Assembly (NCBI GenBank): GCA_025774805.1
Contig: JALGZR010000019.1
Span: forward strand, 3,387 to 67,386
Direction of reading: 5' to 3'
Length of the DNA stretch: 64,000 nt
Source: a bacterium
GTDB taxonomy: Bacteria; ARS69
Shown here in pieces: positions 16,460 to 25,190 of the stretch (position 1 is its first letter; every line of letters starts with the position of its first letter). The notes under the pieces are model-generated. The model did not search any database. It was not told where the DNA came from and worked only from the letters and a program-made list of their open reading frames with translations. The position numbers were made by a program, and so were the translations under genes.

Positions 16460-17656
16460 ATGAGCGAACAGAAGAAGGGGACGCCGCTCCTGGACGAGCT
16501 GGAAAAGGGTGCATGGCCCAGCTTCGTCAAGGAGATCAAGAAGGAAGCGAAGAGGCCGATGGTGCGGGATCTCCTGGGCGTCCTGGAGCGCTCCTACGAG
16601 GAGAAGATCGGCCACTGGAAGCACGGCGGACTGGTCGGCGTGATGGGATACGGAGGCGGCGTCATCGGCCGCTACTGCAATCTCGGGGAGGAGTTTCCCG
16701 AGGTCGCCGAATTCCACACGTTGCGTGTCAACCAGCCCGCCGCGTGGTTCTACACCTCCGACGCACTGCGCAAGCTGTGCGACGTCTGGGACGAGCACGG
16801 GTCGGGCCTGACCAACATGCACGGCTCGACGGGCGACATCATCTTCCTCGGCGCCAAGACGGAGGAACTGGAGCCGACGTTCTCCGGGCTGACGGAAGCC
16901 GGGTTCGACCTGGGTGGCTCCGGGTCGGACATGCGCACGCCGAGCTGCTGCGTCGGGCCGGCCCGCTGTGAATGGGCATGCTACGACACCCTCAACGCGT
17001 GCTACGACCTCACCCAGCAGTTCCAGGACGAGCTGCACCGACCGATGTTCCCCTACAAGTACAAGTTCAAGTTCGCCGGCTGTCCGAACGACTGCGTGGC
17101 TTCGGTGGCCCGGGCGGACATGTCCATCATCGGGACCTGGAAGGACGAGATCCAGATCGACCAGAAGGAAGTCCAGGCCTACGCCAAGAACGGCACGGAC
17201 ATCCAGAAGGAGATCTGTGACCTGTGTCCGACGAGGTGCATGGACTGGGACGGCCAGAAGCTCGAGATCGACGACGCCGAGTGCGTCAAGTGCATGCACT
17301 GCATCAACGTGATGTCCAAGGCGTTGAAGCCGGGCCAGGAACGTGGTGCCGCCATCCTCATCGGCGCGAAGGCACCGATCATCGGTGGGGCCCTGCTGTC
17401 GTCGGTGCTCGTCCCGTTCATCGAGATGAAGCCGCCGTACGAGGACCTGAAGGAGCTCACCGAGGCCATCTGGGACTTCTGGGGTGAGCATGGCAAGAAC
17501 CGCGAGCGCGTTGGGGAATTCATCCAGCGTGTGGGACTCGGGGCGTTTCTCGACGAGATCGGTCTGGAACCCGTGCCCGAGATGATCGCGCACCCGCGCA
17601 GCAATCCCTACATCTTCTTCGAGGAAGATCTCGAGGAAGAGGATGAGGACGAGTAG
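16460..17656 (+). CDS. dsrA: Dissimilatory sulfite reductase alpha subunit
   Basis: [53 protein letters not shown], plus ferredoxin insert CPTRC..CVKCMHC. Confidence 0.95.
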   Translation: MSEQKKGTPLLDELEKGAWPSFVKEIKKEAKRPMVRDLLGVLERSYEEKIGHWKHGGLVGVMGYGGGVIGRYCNLGEEFPEVAEFHTLRVNQPAAWFYTSDALRKLCDVWDEHGSGLTNMHGSTGDIIFLGAKTEELEPTFSGLTEAGFDLGGSGSDMRTPSCCVGPARCEWACYDTLNACYDLTQQFQDELHRPMFPYKYKFKFAGCPNDCVASVARADMSIIGTWKDEIQIDQKEVQAYAKNGTDIQKEICDLCPTRCMDWDGQKLEIDDAECVKCMHCINVMSKALKPGQERGAAILIGAKAPIIGGALLSSVLVPFIEMKPPYEDLKELTEAIWDFWGEHGKNRERVGEFIQRVGLGAFLDEIGLEPVPEMIAHPRSNPYIFFEEDLEEEDEDE

Positions 17657-17694
17657 CTCCGGGCATGCGAGTAGCTCCGGGCAAGGAGGCTTCC

Positions 17695-18771
17695 ATGACG
17701 ACAACCGAACGTAAGACCGATATCGGACCCCCTCACTACGAGCAATTCCTCCCGCCCGTCATCAAGGCGAACTACGGGAGGTGGGCCCACCACGAGATCG
17801 TCGAGCCGGGCGTGATGGTGCACGTAGGGGAATCGGGGGACAAGCTGTACACGGTTCGCGCGGCGACGCCACGCCTGCTCGCCATCGCCACGATTCGTCT
17901 CTTCGCGGATTTGGCGGACAAATACTGCGACGGTCACCTGCGCTTCACCAGCCGCAACAACGTGGAGTTCTTGCTCACGGACAAGTCGAAGATCCCGGCC
18001 CTGAAAAAGGATCTGGAGGGAGAGGGCTACCTGGTCGGGGGCATCGGCAACGCCATCTCCAATATCGTCCACACCCAGGGTTGGGTTCACTGCCACTCCG
18101 CCGCGTCCGACGCGTCCGGCGTGGTGAAGTGCATCATGGACGAGCTGCACCCGCACTTTACCGGCATGGAGCTTCCGGGCAAGCTGCGCATCGCGTTCGC
18201 GTGCTGCCTGAACATGTGCGGAGCGGTCCACTGCTCCGATATCGCCGTGCTGGGCGTGCACACGAAGGTCCCGGTCATCGACCACGAGGAGCTGCCACGG
18301 GTCTGCGAGGTGCCGACCCTGGTCGCATCGTGCCCCACCGGTGCCATCCGGCCGGCCACGGTCGACGGACACAAGTCGGTGGAGATCGAGGATCCGCAGT
18401 GCATGTTCTGCGGCAACTGCTACACGGTGTGCCCCTCGGTGAAGATCAACAACGCGGACCATGACGGGATCTCGATCTGGGTCGGCGGGAAAGTCTCCAA
18501 CGCCCGCCGGGAGCCGATGTTTTCCAAACTGGCGATTCCCTATCTCCCCAACAACCCGCCGCGGTGGCCCGAGGTCGTCGAGGCGGTGAAGGGCCTCGTC
18601 GACGTGTGGGCGAAACACGCCCGCAAGCACGAGCGCATGGGCGAATGGATTGATCGGATCGGCTGGAAGCGGTTCTTCAAAATCGCCGGCATCCCGTTCA
18701 CCAAGTACCACATCGACGACTTCACGCATGCCGGTGAGACCTACAAGCGCTCGGTCCAGCTGAAGCACTAG
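17695..18771 (+). CDS. dsrB: Dissimilatory sulfite reductase beta subunit
   Basis: [70 protein letters not shown]. Confidence 0.95.
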   Translation: MTTTERKTDIGPPHYEQFLPPVIKANYGRWAHHEIVEPGVMVHVGESGDKLYTVRAATPRLLAIATIRLFADLADKYCDGHLRFTSRNNVEFLLTDKSKIPALKKDLEGEGYLVGGIGNAISNIVHTQGWVHCHSAASDASGVVKCIMDELHPHFTGMELPGKLRIAFACCLNMCGAVHCSDIAVLGVHTKVPVIDHEELPRVCEVPTLVASCPTGAIRPATVDGHKSVEIEDPQCMFCGNCYTVCPSVKINNADHDGISIWVGGKVSNARREPMFSKLAIPYLPNNPPRWPEVVEAVKGLVDVWAKHARKHERMGEWIDRIGWKRFFKIAGIPFTKYHIDDFTHAGETYKRSVQLKH

Positions 18772-18780
18772 GAGGCATGC

Positions 18781-19032
18781 ATGAGCCAGCCGACCGTTGA
18801 TGACGTCGCCACCGCGATGTTCGACCTGATCAAGGCGACGCACGGCAAGAAGAACCTGAAGCCGATGGACGTCACGAAGGCCATGATCGACCAGTTCGGC
18901 GAGGACGCCTGCGACAAGAAGCTCTGCAAGAAGGCCATTCGCCAGCTCATCGATTCCGGCCGCTGCATCTACAGCTATGTCGGCGGGAGTTACATCACGT
19001 TGCCGGCCGAGGAGGAATCCTCGGAGGGCTGA
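18781..19032 (+). CDS. dsrD: DsrD (small winged-helix-like protein of reductive dsr operons)
   Basis: 83 aa directly after dsrB. ..THGKKNLKPMDVTKAM..KKLCKKAIRQLIDSGRCIYSYVGGSYITLP. Confidence 0.85.
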   Translation: MSQPTVDDVATAMFDLIKATHGKKNLKPMDVTKAMIDQFGEDACDKKLCKKAIRQLIDSGRCIYSYVGGSYITLPAEEESSEG

Positions 19033-19103
19033 GGCGGCAGTCGGGGGGGGCCGGCCCGCGCCGGCCTCGATGCTTGGGATCGCGACCGACAAGGGATGAG
19101 GTC

Positions 19104-19541
19104 ATGGCGCACGTCCATGTGCCGGAGCGCATCGAGAAACTGGTGAGCACGCTCCGCCAATGGCAGAAGATCGAGCGGGAGGTGGTCGAATCGTGCGCGT
19201 CGATCATGGAGAAGACCAAAAACGCCCGGATCAGGCAGTTCATGGAGACCATCCGCAATGACTCCGCCCAGCATCATCGGCTGCAGCAGTTCCTCGTCGA
19301 CAGCCTGACAAAGGAACAGATCAAGCTGACGCCGGAGGAGCTGGGCGAGGTCTGGGACGAGATCACGGCGCACGACGAAGTCGAGCGGAAGACCATCGAG
19401 CTGGCGGAAGAGTGCAAGGAGGAGTGCAGGTTCTTCGTACAGCGTGCGCTCCTTGACTACCTGATCACGGACGAGGAGAAGCACGATCAGCTCCTCCAGT
19501 CTCTCGAGGAATTCAAGAAGAACATCTACCCGTACGGTTAG
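19104..19541 (+). CDS. Hypothetical all-helical protein (145 aa) inside the dsr operon
   Basis: Charged heptad-like sequence with one ExxH (DEEKH) and a CKEEC motif. No family recognised. Lies between dsrD and dsrL. Confidence 0.6.
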   Translation: MAHVHVPERIEKLVSTLRQWQKIEREVVESCASIMEKTKNARIRQFMETIRNDSAQHHRLQQFLVDSLTKEQIKLTPEELGEVWDEITAHDEVERKTIELAEECKEECRFFVQRALLDYLITDEEKHDQLLQSLEEFKKNIYPYG

Positions 19542-19575
19542 ACATCGCCGCGAGGAAACAGGGGAAGGGGCGCCG

Positions 19576-21306
19576 ATGAGCCTGCTGAACAAGAAGAAGA
19601 AGAAAGGCGGGGCCCGTCGCGCCCTGCGCGGTGGTGGGTCCTCCGGAACGCAGATCTCGTCGCTGCGGCCCCAGGCCGTGGAAAAGCTGCCGCCCTGCAC
19701 CGGGCACTGCCCCAGCGACAACGACATCCGCGGCTGGCTCACCGTGATCGCTCACCACGGGAAGTACGGTCTCTCTCTGGAAGAGGCCCGTGATCGGGCG
19801 TGGCGAATCGAGGTGGAGACGAATCCGTTCCCGGCGGTGATGGGGCGGGTCTGCCCGCACCCGTGCGAGACGAGCTGCAACCGTGTGCACAAGGACGGGG
19901 CCGTCGCGATCAACTCCGTGGAACGGTTCATCGGCGACTGGGGTATCGAGAGAGGGCTGAAGCTATCCGCCCTCGACGGCGATGCGGCCGGCGAGAAGAT
20001 CGCCGTCATCGGGGCGGGCCCCTCGGGTCTTTCCTGCGCCTATCAGCTGGCCCGCCGCGGCTACAAGGTCACCGTCTTCGATGCCTTCGAGAAACCGGGC
20101 GGCATGCTCCGCTACGGCATCCCGTCCTACCGCCTCCCTCGCGAGGTGCTGGACGCCGAGATCCAACGCATCCTCGACATGGGCGTCGAGTTGCGCAGCA
20201 ACACCTCTGTGGGAGAGCCCATCACCCTGGACGAGATCCGCAAGGAGTACGACGCCGTTTTCGTCGGCATCGGCGCGCACCAGGGCAAGACCATGGGGAT
20301 TCCGGGTGAGGACGGCTCGGGGGTCTACACCGGCACGGAGTTCCTCAACCTTGTCAACTCGGGCCGGGGAGCCGAGATCGGCGATCGGGTCATCGTGGTC
20401 GGCGGCGGCGACACCGCGATCGACGCGGCGCGCGTCTCCCTGCGTCTGAGCCCCGACGCGGCGGCCGTCTCGCGCCGCCTGGGCGCCGAGGTGACGATTC
20501 TCTACCGCCGCACGCGGGCCGAGATGCCGGCCATCGAGCGCGAGATCGAGGAGGCCCTCGAAGAGGGCATCAAGATCGAGTTCCTCGCGTCGCCGGCGAA
20601 GGTGATCCGGAGTGCCGACGGCACCGTGGAGAAGCTGGCCGTGCAGCGCTTCGAGCTGGGCGAGCCCGACGACTCGGGCCGGCGCCGGCCGGTTCCCATC
20701 GAGGGGGATGTCTTCGAGCTGGAGGCGGACACCCTGATCATGGCGGTGAGCCAGGCCCCCGACTGGAGCACCCTGGGCGGCGGCATCGAAACCAAGGGCA
20801 ACTGGCTGGAAGTGGACGAGTGGGGCCGCACGGGAATGGAGGGGGTCTGGTCGGGGGGTGACACCCTGACCCTCGGGCTGGCCACCATCTCCATCGGTCA
20901 GGGCCGCAGGGCGGCCGAGTGCATCCACGCGAAGCTCCGCGGGCACGAGCCGAAGTCCCCTCCCGATCGCCCGGCGATCGGCAAGGATCGTCTCAAGCTC
21001 GACTGGTACAAGGAGGCCCCGCGAGCGGAGCGGAAGATCCTCGCCCCGGAGGAGCGGCTGGCGCGTCCCATGGATGAAATGGACCTCGGTGTCACCGAAA
21101 CACAGGCGCAGGCGGAGACGGAGCGCTGCTTCAGTTGCGGTCTCTGCTTCGGCTGCGAGAACTGCTGGATGTACTGCCAGGTGAACTGCTTCAAGAAAAC
21201 CAAGGAACTCGAACTGGGGCACTTCTACGACATCGACCTGGGCACGTGTGACGGCTGCAAGAAGTGCGCTGAGGAGTGTCCCTGCGGTTTCCTCGATCTG
21301 TACTGA
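19576..21306 (+). CDS. dsrL: DsrL-type NAD(P)H oxidoreductase (GltD/NfnB-like with a C-terminal ferredoxin domain)
   Basis: N-terminal Cys clusters (CTGHCPSDN, RVCPHPCETSCNR). GAGPSGLSCAYQLARRGYKVTVFD. A second dinucleotide fold. C-terminal CFSCGLCFGCENC and CDGCKKCAEECPC. Confidence 0.8.
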   Translation: MSLLNKKKKKGGARRALRGGGSSGTQISSLRPQAVEKLPPCTGHCPSDNDIRGWLTVIAHHGKYGLSLEEARDRAWRIEVETNPFPAVMGRVCPHPCETSCNRVHKDGAVAINSVERFIGDWGIERGLKLSALDGDAAGEKIAVIGAGPSGLSCAYQLARRGYKVTVFDAFEKPGGMLRYGIPSYRLPREVLDAEIQRILDMGVELRSNTSVGEPITLDEIRKEYDAVFVGIGAHQGKTMGIPGEDGSGVYTGTEFLNLVNSGRGAEIGDRVIVVGGGDTAIDAARVSLRLSPDAAAVSRRLGAEVTILYRRTRAEMPAIEREIEEALEEGIKIEFLASPAKVIRSADGTVEKLAVQRFELGEPDDSGRRRPVPIEGDVFELEADTLIMAVSQAPDWSTLGGGIETKGNWLEVDEWGRTGMEGVWSGGDTLTLGLATISIGQGRRAAECIHAKLRGHEPKSPPDRPAIGKDRLKLDWYKEAPRAERKILAPEERLARPMDEMDLGVTETQAQAETERCFSCGLCFGCENCWMYCQVNCFKKTKELELGHFYDIDLGTCDGCKKCAEECPCGFLDLY

Positions 21307-21311
21307 GTCGC

Positions 21312-22802
21312 ATGGAGCTTCTCACCCCACGCCTGGTGGTTGGCGGTCTGGCGGGCGACAGCGGAAAGACGCTCGTGGCGCTCGGCCTGTCCCGCGCGTT
21401 CGTCAGCCGGGGCCTTAGTGTCGGCCCCTACAAGAAGGGGCCGGACTACATCGACGCGGCGTGGCTCGGGGCGGCGGCAGGAGCGGCGGGGCGGAATCTC
21501 GACACTTTCCTCATGGAGCGCTCCGCCATCGGGTCCGGCCTGTCGCGGTCCGGATCGGCCGACCTGCTGATGCTGGAAGGCAATCGCGGGCTGTTCGACG
21601 GCCTCGACTCCGAGGGGAGCCACTCCACCGCCGAGCTGGCCAAGCTCATCGGCGCCCCCGTGCTTCTGGTGCTCGACGTGACGAAGATGACCCGCACGGC
21701 GGCGGCCCTGGTGGTCGGCTGCAAAGCTCTGGATCCGCAAGTTCCCTTGGCGGGGGTGGTGCTGAACCGGGTGGGCACGGCACGCCAAGAAGGCGTTCTC
21801 CGAGAGGCCATCGCGGCGGCAGGCGGGCCGCCGGTCCTGGGCGCGATTCCCCGCCTGGAAGAAGAGTGGCTGCCCGGGCGCCATCTTGGCCTGGTCACGG
21901 CGGTCGAGCACCCACGACGTGAGGAAGCTTTGCAGGCAGTGGCGTCGGCGGTGGATCGCCACGTGGATCTCGAAGCCGTCCTCGACGTGGCGCGGTCCGC
22001 GACTCCGGTCCGTTTCCCCGATCCCGACCCGATTCCGGCGGGAGCGACCGTGAGAATCGGCGTCCTGCGGGACGAGGCGCTGAGCTTTTACTACCCGGAG
22101 AATCTGGAGGCGCTGCAAGCCTGCGGCGCCGAGCTGGTGACGGTGTCTCCGCTTCGCGATGATCATCTGCCGGACCTGGACGGTCTCTACTTCGGCGGCG
22201 GGTTTCCGGAGACTCATGTGAAGCGACTGGCTGCCAATGACTCGCTGCGTGAATCGGTGCGGGAAGCGGCAACGGCCGGAATGCCGATCTACGCCGAGTG
22301 TGGCGGACTGATGTATCTTGCCCGCGAACTCGTGGTGGACGGGGTCTCCCACTCCATGGCGGGCGTGCTCGATCTGGTCGTCGAGCAGACAGCCCGGCCT
22401 GTGGGGCACGGATACGTGGAGGCGGAGGTCGATGGGTCGAATCCGTTCTTCGAGTGCTCGACGCGCCTGCGCGGACACGAGTTCCATTACTCCCGAATCC
22501 TGTCCGGACATGACGCCAGCGCCTCGTGCCTCCGCCTGCAACGCGGTCATGGGATCGGGGGCGGACGCGACGGCCTCGCCGTGGGGAACGTTTGGGCCTC
22601 TTACCTGCACGTGCATGCCTTGGGGACGCCCTCATGGGCCGGGACGTTCACGGCCCTCGCACGCGCCTGGCGAACGAAGAGGGATCGGGGTAAGGGGCGC
22701 CGTCGCCCGACCTCGTTGAACGGGCGAGGACACGGGAAGCCCGAGGAACATGAAGACACGACTGGGCCAGAAGATCATGAGTTTGCTCCGGCAAGGGCGT
22801 GA
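21312..22802 (+). CDS. dsrN: DsrN (cobyrinic acid a,c-diamide synthase-like siroheme amidase)
   Basis: P-loop-like GLAGDSGKT, GPDYID, and a C-terminal glutamine amidotransferase part (YAECGGLMYL). The low-complexity tail overlaps the next gene by 53 nt. Confidence 0.8.
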   Translation: MELLTPRLVVGGLAGDSGKTLVALGLSRAFVSRGLSVGPYKKGPDYIDAAWLGAAAGAAGRNLDTFLMERSAIGSGLSRSGSADLLMLEGNRGLFDGLDSEGSHSTAELAKLIGAPVLLVLDVTKMTRTAAALVVGCKALDPQVPLAGVVLNRVGTARQEGVLREAIAAAGGPPVLGAIPRLEEEWLPGRHLGLVTAVEHPRREEALQAVASAVDRHVDLEAVLDVARSATPVRFPDPDPIPAGATVRIGVLRDEALSFYYPENLEALQACGAELVTVSPLRDDHLPDLDGLYFGGGFPETHVKRLAANDSLRESVREAATAGMPIYAECGGLMYLARELVVDGVSHSMAGVLDLVVEQTARPVGHGYVEAEVDGSNPFFECSTRLRGHEFHYSRILSGHDASASCLRLQRGHGIGGGRDGLAVGNVWASYLHVHALGTPSWAGTFTALARAWRTKRDRGKGRRRPTSLNGRGHGKPEEHEDTTGPEDHEFAPARA

Positions 22803-23274
22803 AGAGACGGTGGCCGGATTGGCCATCTCTGACCGGCGGGCCCTGCGTCCTCTCATGGGGAGGCTGTGGGATCCCGATCCGCGGATCCGGCGTCACGCGG
22901 CCGGCGCCATGGGTCGATCCGCGGAGGCACATCCGACGCTCGGGCTGGAAATGGTGCGCCGTCTGATGTGGGCCCTCAATGATGAGGCCGCGACCAACGG
23001 GGTGTTCGGCATCGCGGCCCTCGGGGAGATTGGCCATCGATGTCCGGAGATTCTGGAGCCGTTCATTTCCCCGTTGGTCTCCATGGCCTGGGACGAGGGG
23101 ATCCGGCTGGAGCTACTGAAGGCCCTCGGCCGCGTTGCGGAAGCGGATCCGCGACTGGTGAGGCGCGACCTCGCGCGTCTGGAGGCCTTCGTGGACGAGT
23201 CGCAAGAGGAAGAACGCGACGCGTTCCAGCGTCTGGTCGCGCTGGCCGGGGAGAGCAACCGTGAACGCAACTGA
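22750..23274 (+). CDS. HEAT/armadillo-like repeat protein
   Basis: Repeats of the type DPDPRIRRHAAGAMGR and ..GIAALGEIG..LLKALGRVA. Function unknown. Confidence 0.6.
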   Translation: MKTRLGQKIMSLLRQGREETVAGLAISDRRALRPLMGRLWDPDPRIRRHAAGAMGRSAEAHPTLGLEMVRRLMWALNDEAATNGVFGIAALGEIGHRCPEILEPFISPLVSMAWDEGIRLELLKALGRVAEADPRLVRRDLARLEAFVDESQEEERDAFQRLVALAGESNRERN

Positions 23275-23821
23275 AGGAGCGACCCACGGGATGGAACGCT
23301 ACCTGGAGCGGGTCCGGGAGAATCCGGAGTCCGCCGCCGCTCACTATAACCTCGGTCTGGCCTACACCCAGCGCGGACGGCCCGACCGCGCCGAGAAGCA
23401 CTACCGCAAGGCTCTCGAGCTCGAGCCCGACCTGGTGGAGGCCTGGGTCAACCTCGGTGGCGTGCTGTTGTTCAAGTGGGACTTCCCGGGCTGCGTCGCG
23501 GCCAACGAGGAGGCCCTGAAGCGCCAGGACGACTTGCTTCTGGCTCACTACAACATCGGCCAGGCCTGTCTCTACCTGGCCGACACGGAAGGAGTGCTGC
23601 GCAGCTTCCGCCGCGTCGTGGACCTGGACCCGGGGCACGCGGCGGGGCACTACTTTCTCGCCGTCGGGCTGCTGGCCGCCGGCCGCGTGCCCGAGGCCGT
23701 GGAGGAGATGGCTCGCGCCAAGGCCCTGGGCCACTCACCAGCCCCCGAGTTCCTGCGGGCCCTGAAGACCGCCGCCAAGGAACTGATTCGATCCACCGAC
23801 CCTAGCCCGGACTATTCATGA
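23261..23821 (+). CDS. Tetratricopeptide (TPR) repeat protein
   Basis: AHYNLGLAYTQRGRPDRAEKHYRKALELEPD and further TPR units. The start is GTG 23261 or ATG 23291. The last 19 nt lie inside the family-1 element. Confidence 0.75.
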   Translation: MNATEGATHGMERYLERVRENPESAAAHYNLGLAYTQRGRPDRAEKHYRKALELEPDLVEAWVNLGGVLLFKWDFPGCVAANEEALKRQDDLLLAHYNIGQACLYLADTEGVLRSFRRVVDLDPGHAAGHYFLAVGLLAAGRVPEAVEEMARAKALGHSPAPEFLRALKTAAKELIRSTDPSPDYS

Positions 23822-23983
23822 AGGATCTGCTGCGATCGCGGATACGCGCCACCGGACGGGCGTCCTCGGGGTTCGTACCCTGCGACGTATCGTTGAGATA
23901 CGCCTCGGGTCCAAACCCCTGCGGGTGCCCGTCCGGTGGGCGTCTCCGCAATCTCGCGACGATCTTCATGAATAGTCCGGGCT
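23803..23983. mobile_element. Family-1 palindromic miniature element, copy 2
   Basis: TAGCCCGGACTATTCATGAA ... TTCATGAATAGTCCGGGCT. The interior is collinear with copy 1 and has an extra internal inverted repeat (CCACCGGACGGGC / GCCCGTCCGGTGG). Confidence 0.6.
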
Positions 23984-24038
23984 GGCAATTCGACCGATCT
24001 CGGGGCGGAAGCTCCGGATAACAAAGAGGAGAGATGAG

Positions 24039-24356
24039 ATGCCGGAGTTCACACACGGAACGATCACGCTCACCGTCGACGAAGATGGATTCATGCAGGA
24101 GCCCGACAAGTGGAACGAAGAGGTTGCGGCTGCTCTTGCGACCACCGAGGCGGTCGAGGATCTCACCGATGACCACTGGAAGGTGGTCAACTACCTGCGC
24201 CAGTACTATCTCCAGTTCGGCGTCGCTCCGATGATCCGGAAGCTGACCAAGGAGACCGGGCTCAACCTGAAGAAGATCTACGAGCTGTTCCCGTCCGGGC
24301 CGGCCAAGGGCGCGTGCAAGGTGGCGGGGCTGCCCAAGCCGACCGGTTGTGTCTGA
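24039..24356 (+). CDS. dsrC: DsrC
   Basis: 105 aa. RBS AAGAGGAGAG. C-terminus ..GPAKGACKVAGLPKPTGCV carries both conserved cysteines. Confidence 0.95.
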   Translation: MPEFTHGTITLTVDEDGFMQEPDKWNEEVAAALATTEAVEDLTDDHWKVVNYLRQYYLQFGVAPMIRKLTKETGLNLKKIYELFPSGPAKGACKVAGLPKPTGCV

Positions 24357-24449
24357 GAAGCATCGCCCGCGAGCGACTTCGGGGGGGCGAACAGCCTGCC
24401 TGGCGGAATCGGAGCCGGGCAGGGGGCTCGCCCCCTCGCCGTATCCGGC

Positions 24450-24467
24450 TGTTACCGGGTCGTAACA
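24450..24467 (+). promoter_or_regulatory. Candidate enhancer (UAS): perfect palindrome TGTTAC-N6-GTAACA
   Basis: Perfect 6+6 inverted repeat, 119 nt upstream of the -24 element at 24569. Confidence 0.55.
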
Positions 24468-24568
24468 CTCGGAGGCTCCCGCGCCTCGAGCGTCCGGCAC
24501 TCGCCCACATCCGTCCGTGCAAGCCGTTGAATTTCAATAAATTGGATGTGCGCCACCGAGCCTGTGAT

Positions 24569-24584
24569 TGGCACGCCGGTTGCA
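24569..24584 (+). promoter_or_regulatory. Sigma54-type promoter (-24/-12): TGGCAC-GCCGG-TTGCA
   Basis: Exact match to TGGCAC-N5-TTGCA, 40 nt upstream of the dsrT ATG at 24624. Confidence 0.8.
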
Positions 24585-24623
24585 AAAACTGAACTCCGCG
24601 AAGGACCATCGGAGGAGCCAGTG

Positions 24624-25190
24624 ATGAACCGGCTCGACGGTCTGCAGGAGAGGCGGGCGGCGGTCATCGACCGCTGGAAGGCGCTGACGCTCGCGGTCTA
24701 TCCGGAGCGTGCCGCGGAGTTCATCGTCCGGGAGCCCGACCGCTTCCGGAATCCGGTGGGCCACCTGGTGGGCGAGAACCTGGAGATTCTCTACGACGGC
24801 CTCCTCGCAGATGCGCCGGCGGAGACGATGCGGGCAGCGTTGGACGGCATCGTGCGCATCCGTGCGGTGCAGGACCTCTCCCCCTCAGCCGCGGTCGGGT
24901 TCGTCTTCCTGCTGAAGCAGGCCGTTTGCGAAGAACTGAGCGGGGGTGACGGCGATCCGGCCGCCGAGATCGAGCCCGCCGGGCTCTTCGATCGCATCGA
25001 CCGGCTCGCGCTGCAGGCCTTCGACCTGTTCATGCGGTGCCGGGAGCAAATCTACGACCTTCGCGTGCGCGAAATTCGCGGCCGGGCGCCGAGGCCGCAC
25101 ACGTCACTCCGGGCGCGCGAGATCGAGGGGACGGAACGGTCCGGAAGCGAGTGGGCCGGTTCCGAGACCAAAGGAGAGGGAGCGGGATGA
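24624..25190 (+). CDS. dsrT: DsrT-like protein (RsbRD N-terminal-domain type)
   Basis: RBS GGAGGAG. ..DRFRNPVGH..IVRIRAVQDLSPSAAVGFVFLLKQ.., as I remember it from proteins preceding dsrM. Its stop overlaps the dsrM start (ATGA). Confidence 0.65.
   Translation: MNRLDGLQERRAAVIDRWKALTLAVYPERAAEFIVREPDRFRNPVGHLVGENLEILYDGLLADAPAETMRAALDGIVRIRAVQDLSPSAAVGFVFLLKQAVCEELSGGDGDPAAEIEPAGLFDRIDRLALQAFDLFMRCREQIYDLRVREIRGRAPRPHTSLRAREIEGTERSGSEWAGSETKGEGAG

Noticed and set aside
19049-19066. GC hairpin after dsrD as an intrinsic terminator
   Set aside because: It is a 7-bp stem with no U-tract. It is kept only as a possible attenuator or stabiliser in a finding and is not called as a terminator.
16118-19092. 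Long minus-strand ORFs (16118-17704 and 17608-19092) opposite dsrA and dsrB
   Set aside because: The plus-strand frames are unambiguous DsrA and DsrB. The antisense translations are low-complexity.
22650-22802. An earlier end for dsrN, because its tail overlaps the next gene
   Set aside because: There is no in-frame stop before 22800-22802, so the annotated end stands. The Arg/Gly/Glu-rich tail may simply be non-conserved.
24427-24440. GGGGGCTCGCCCCC hairpin after dsrC as a terminator
   Set aside because: The stem is very short with a 4-nt loop and no downstream T-run. Evidence is insufficient.
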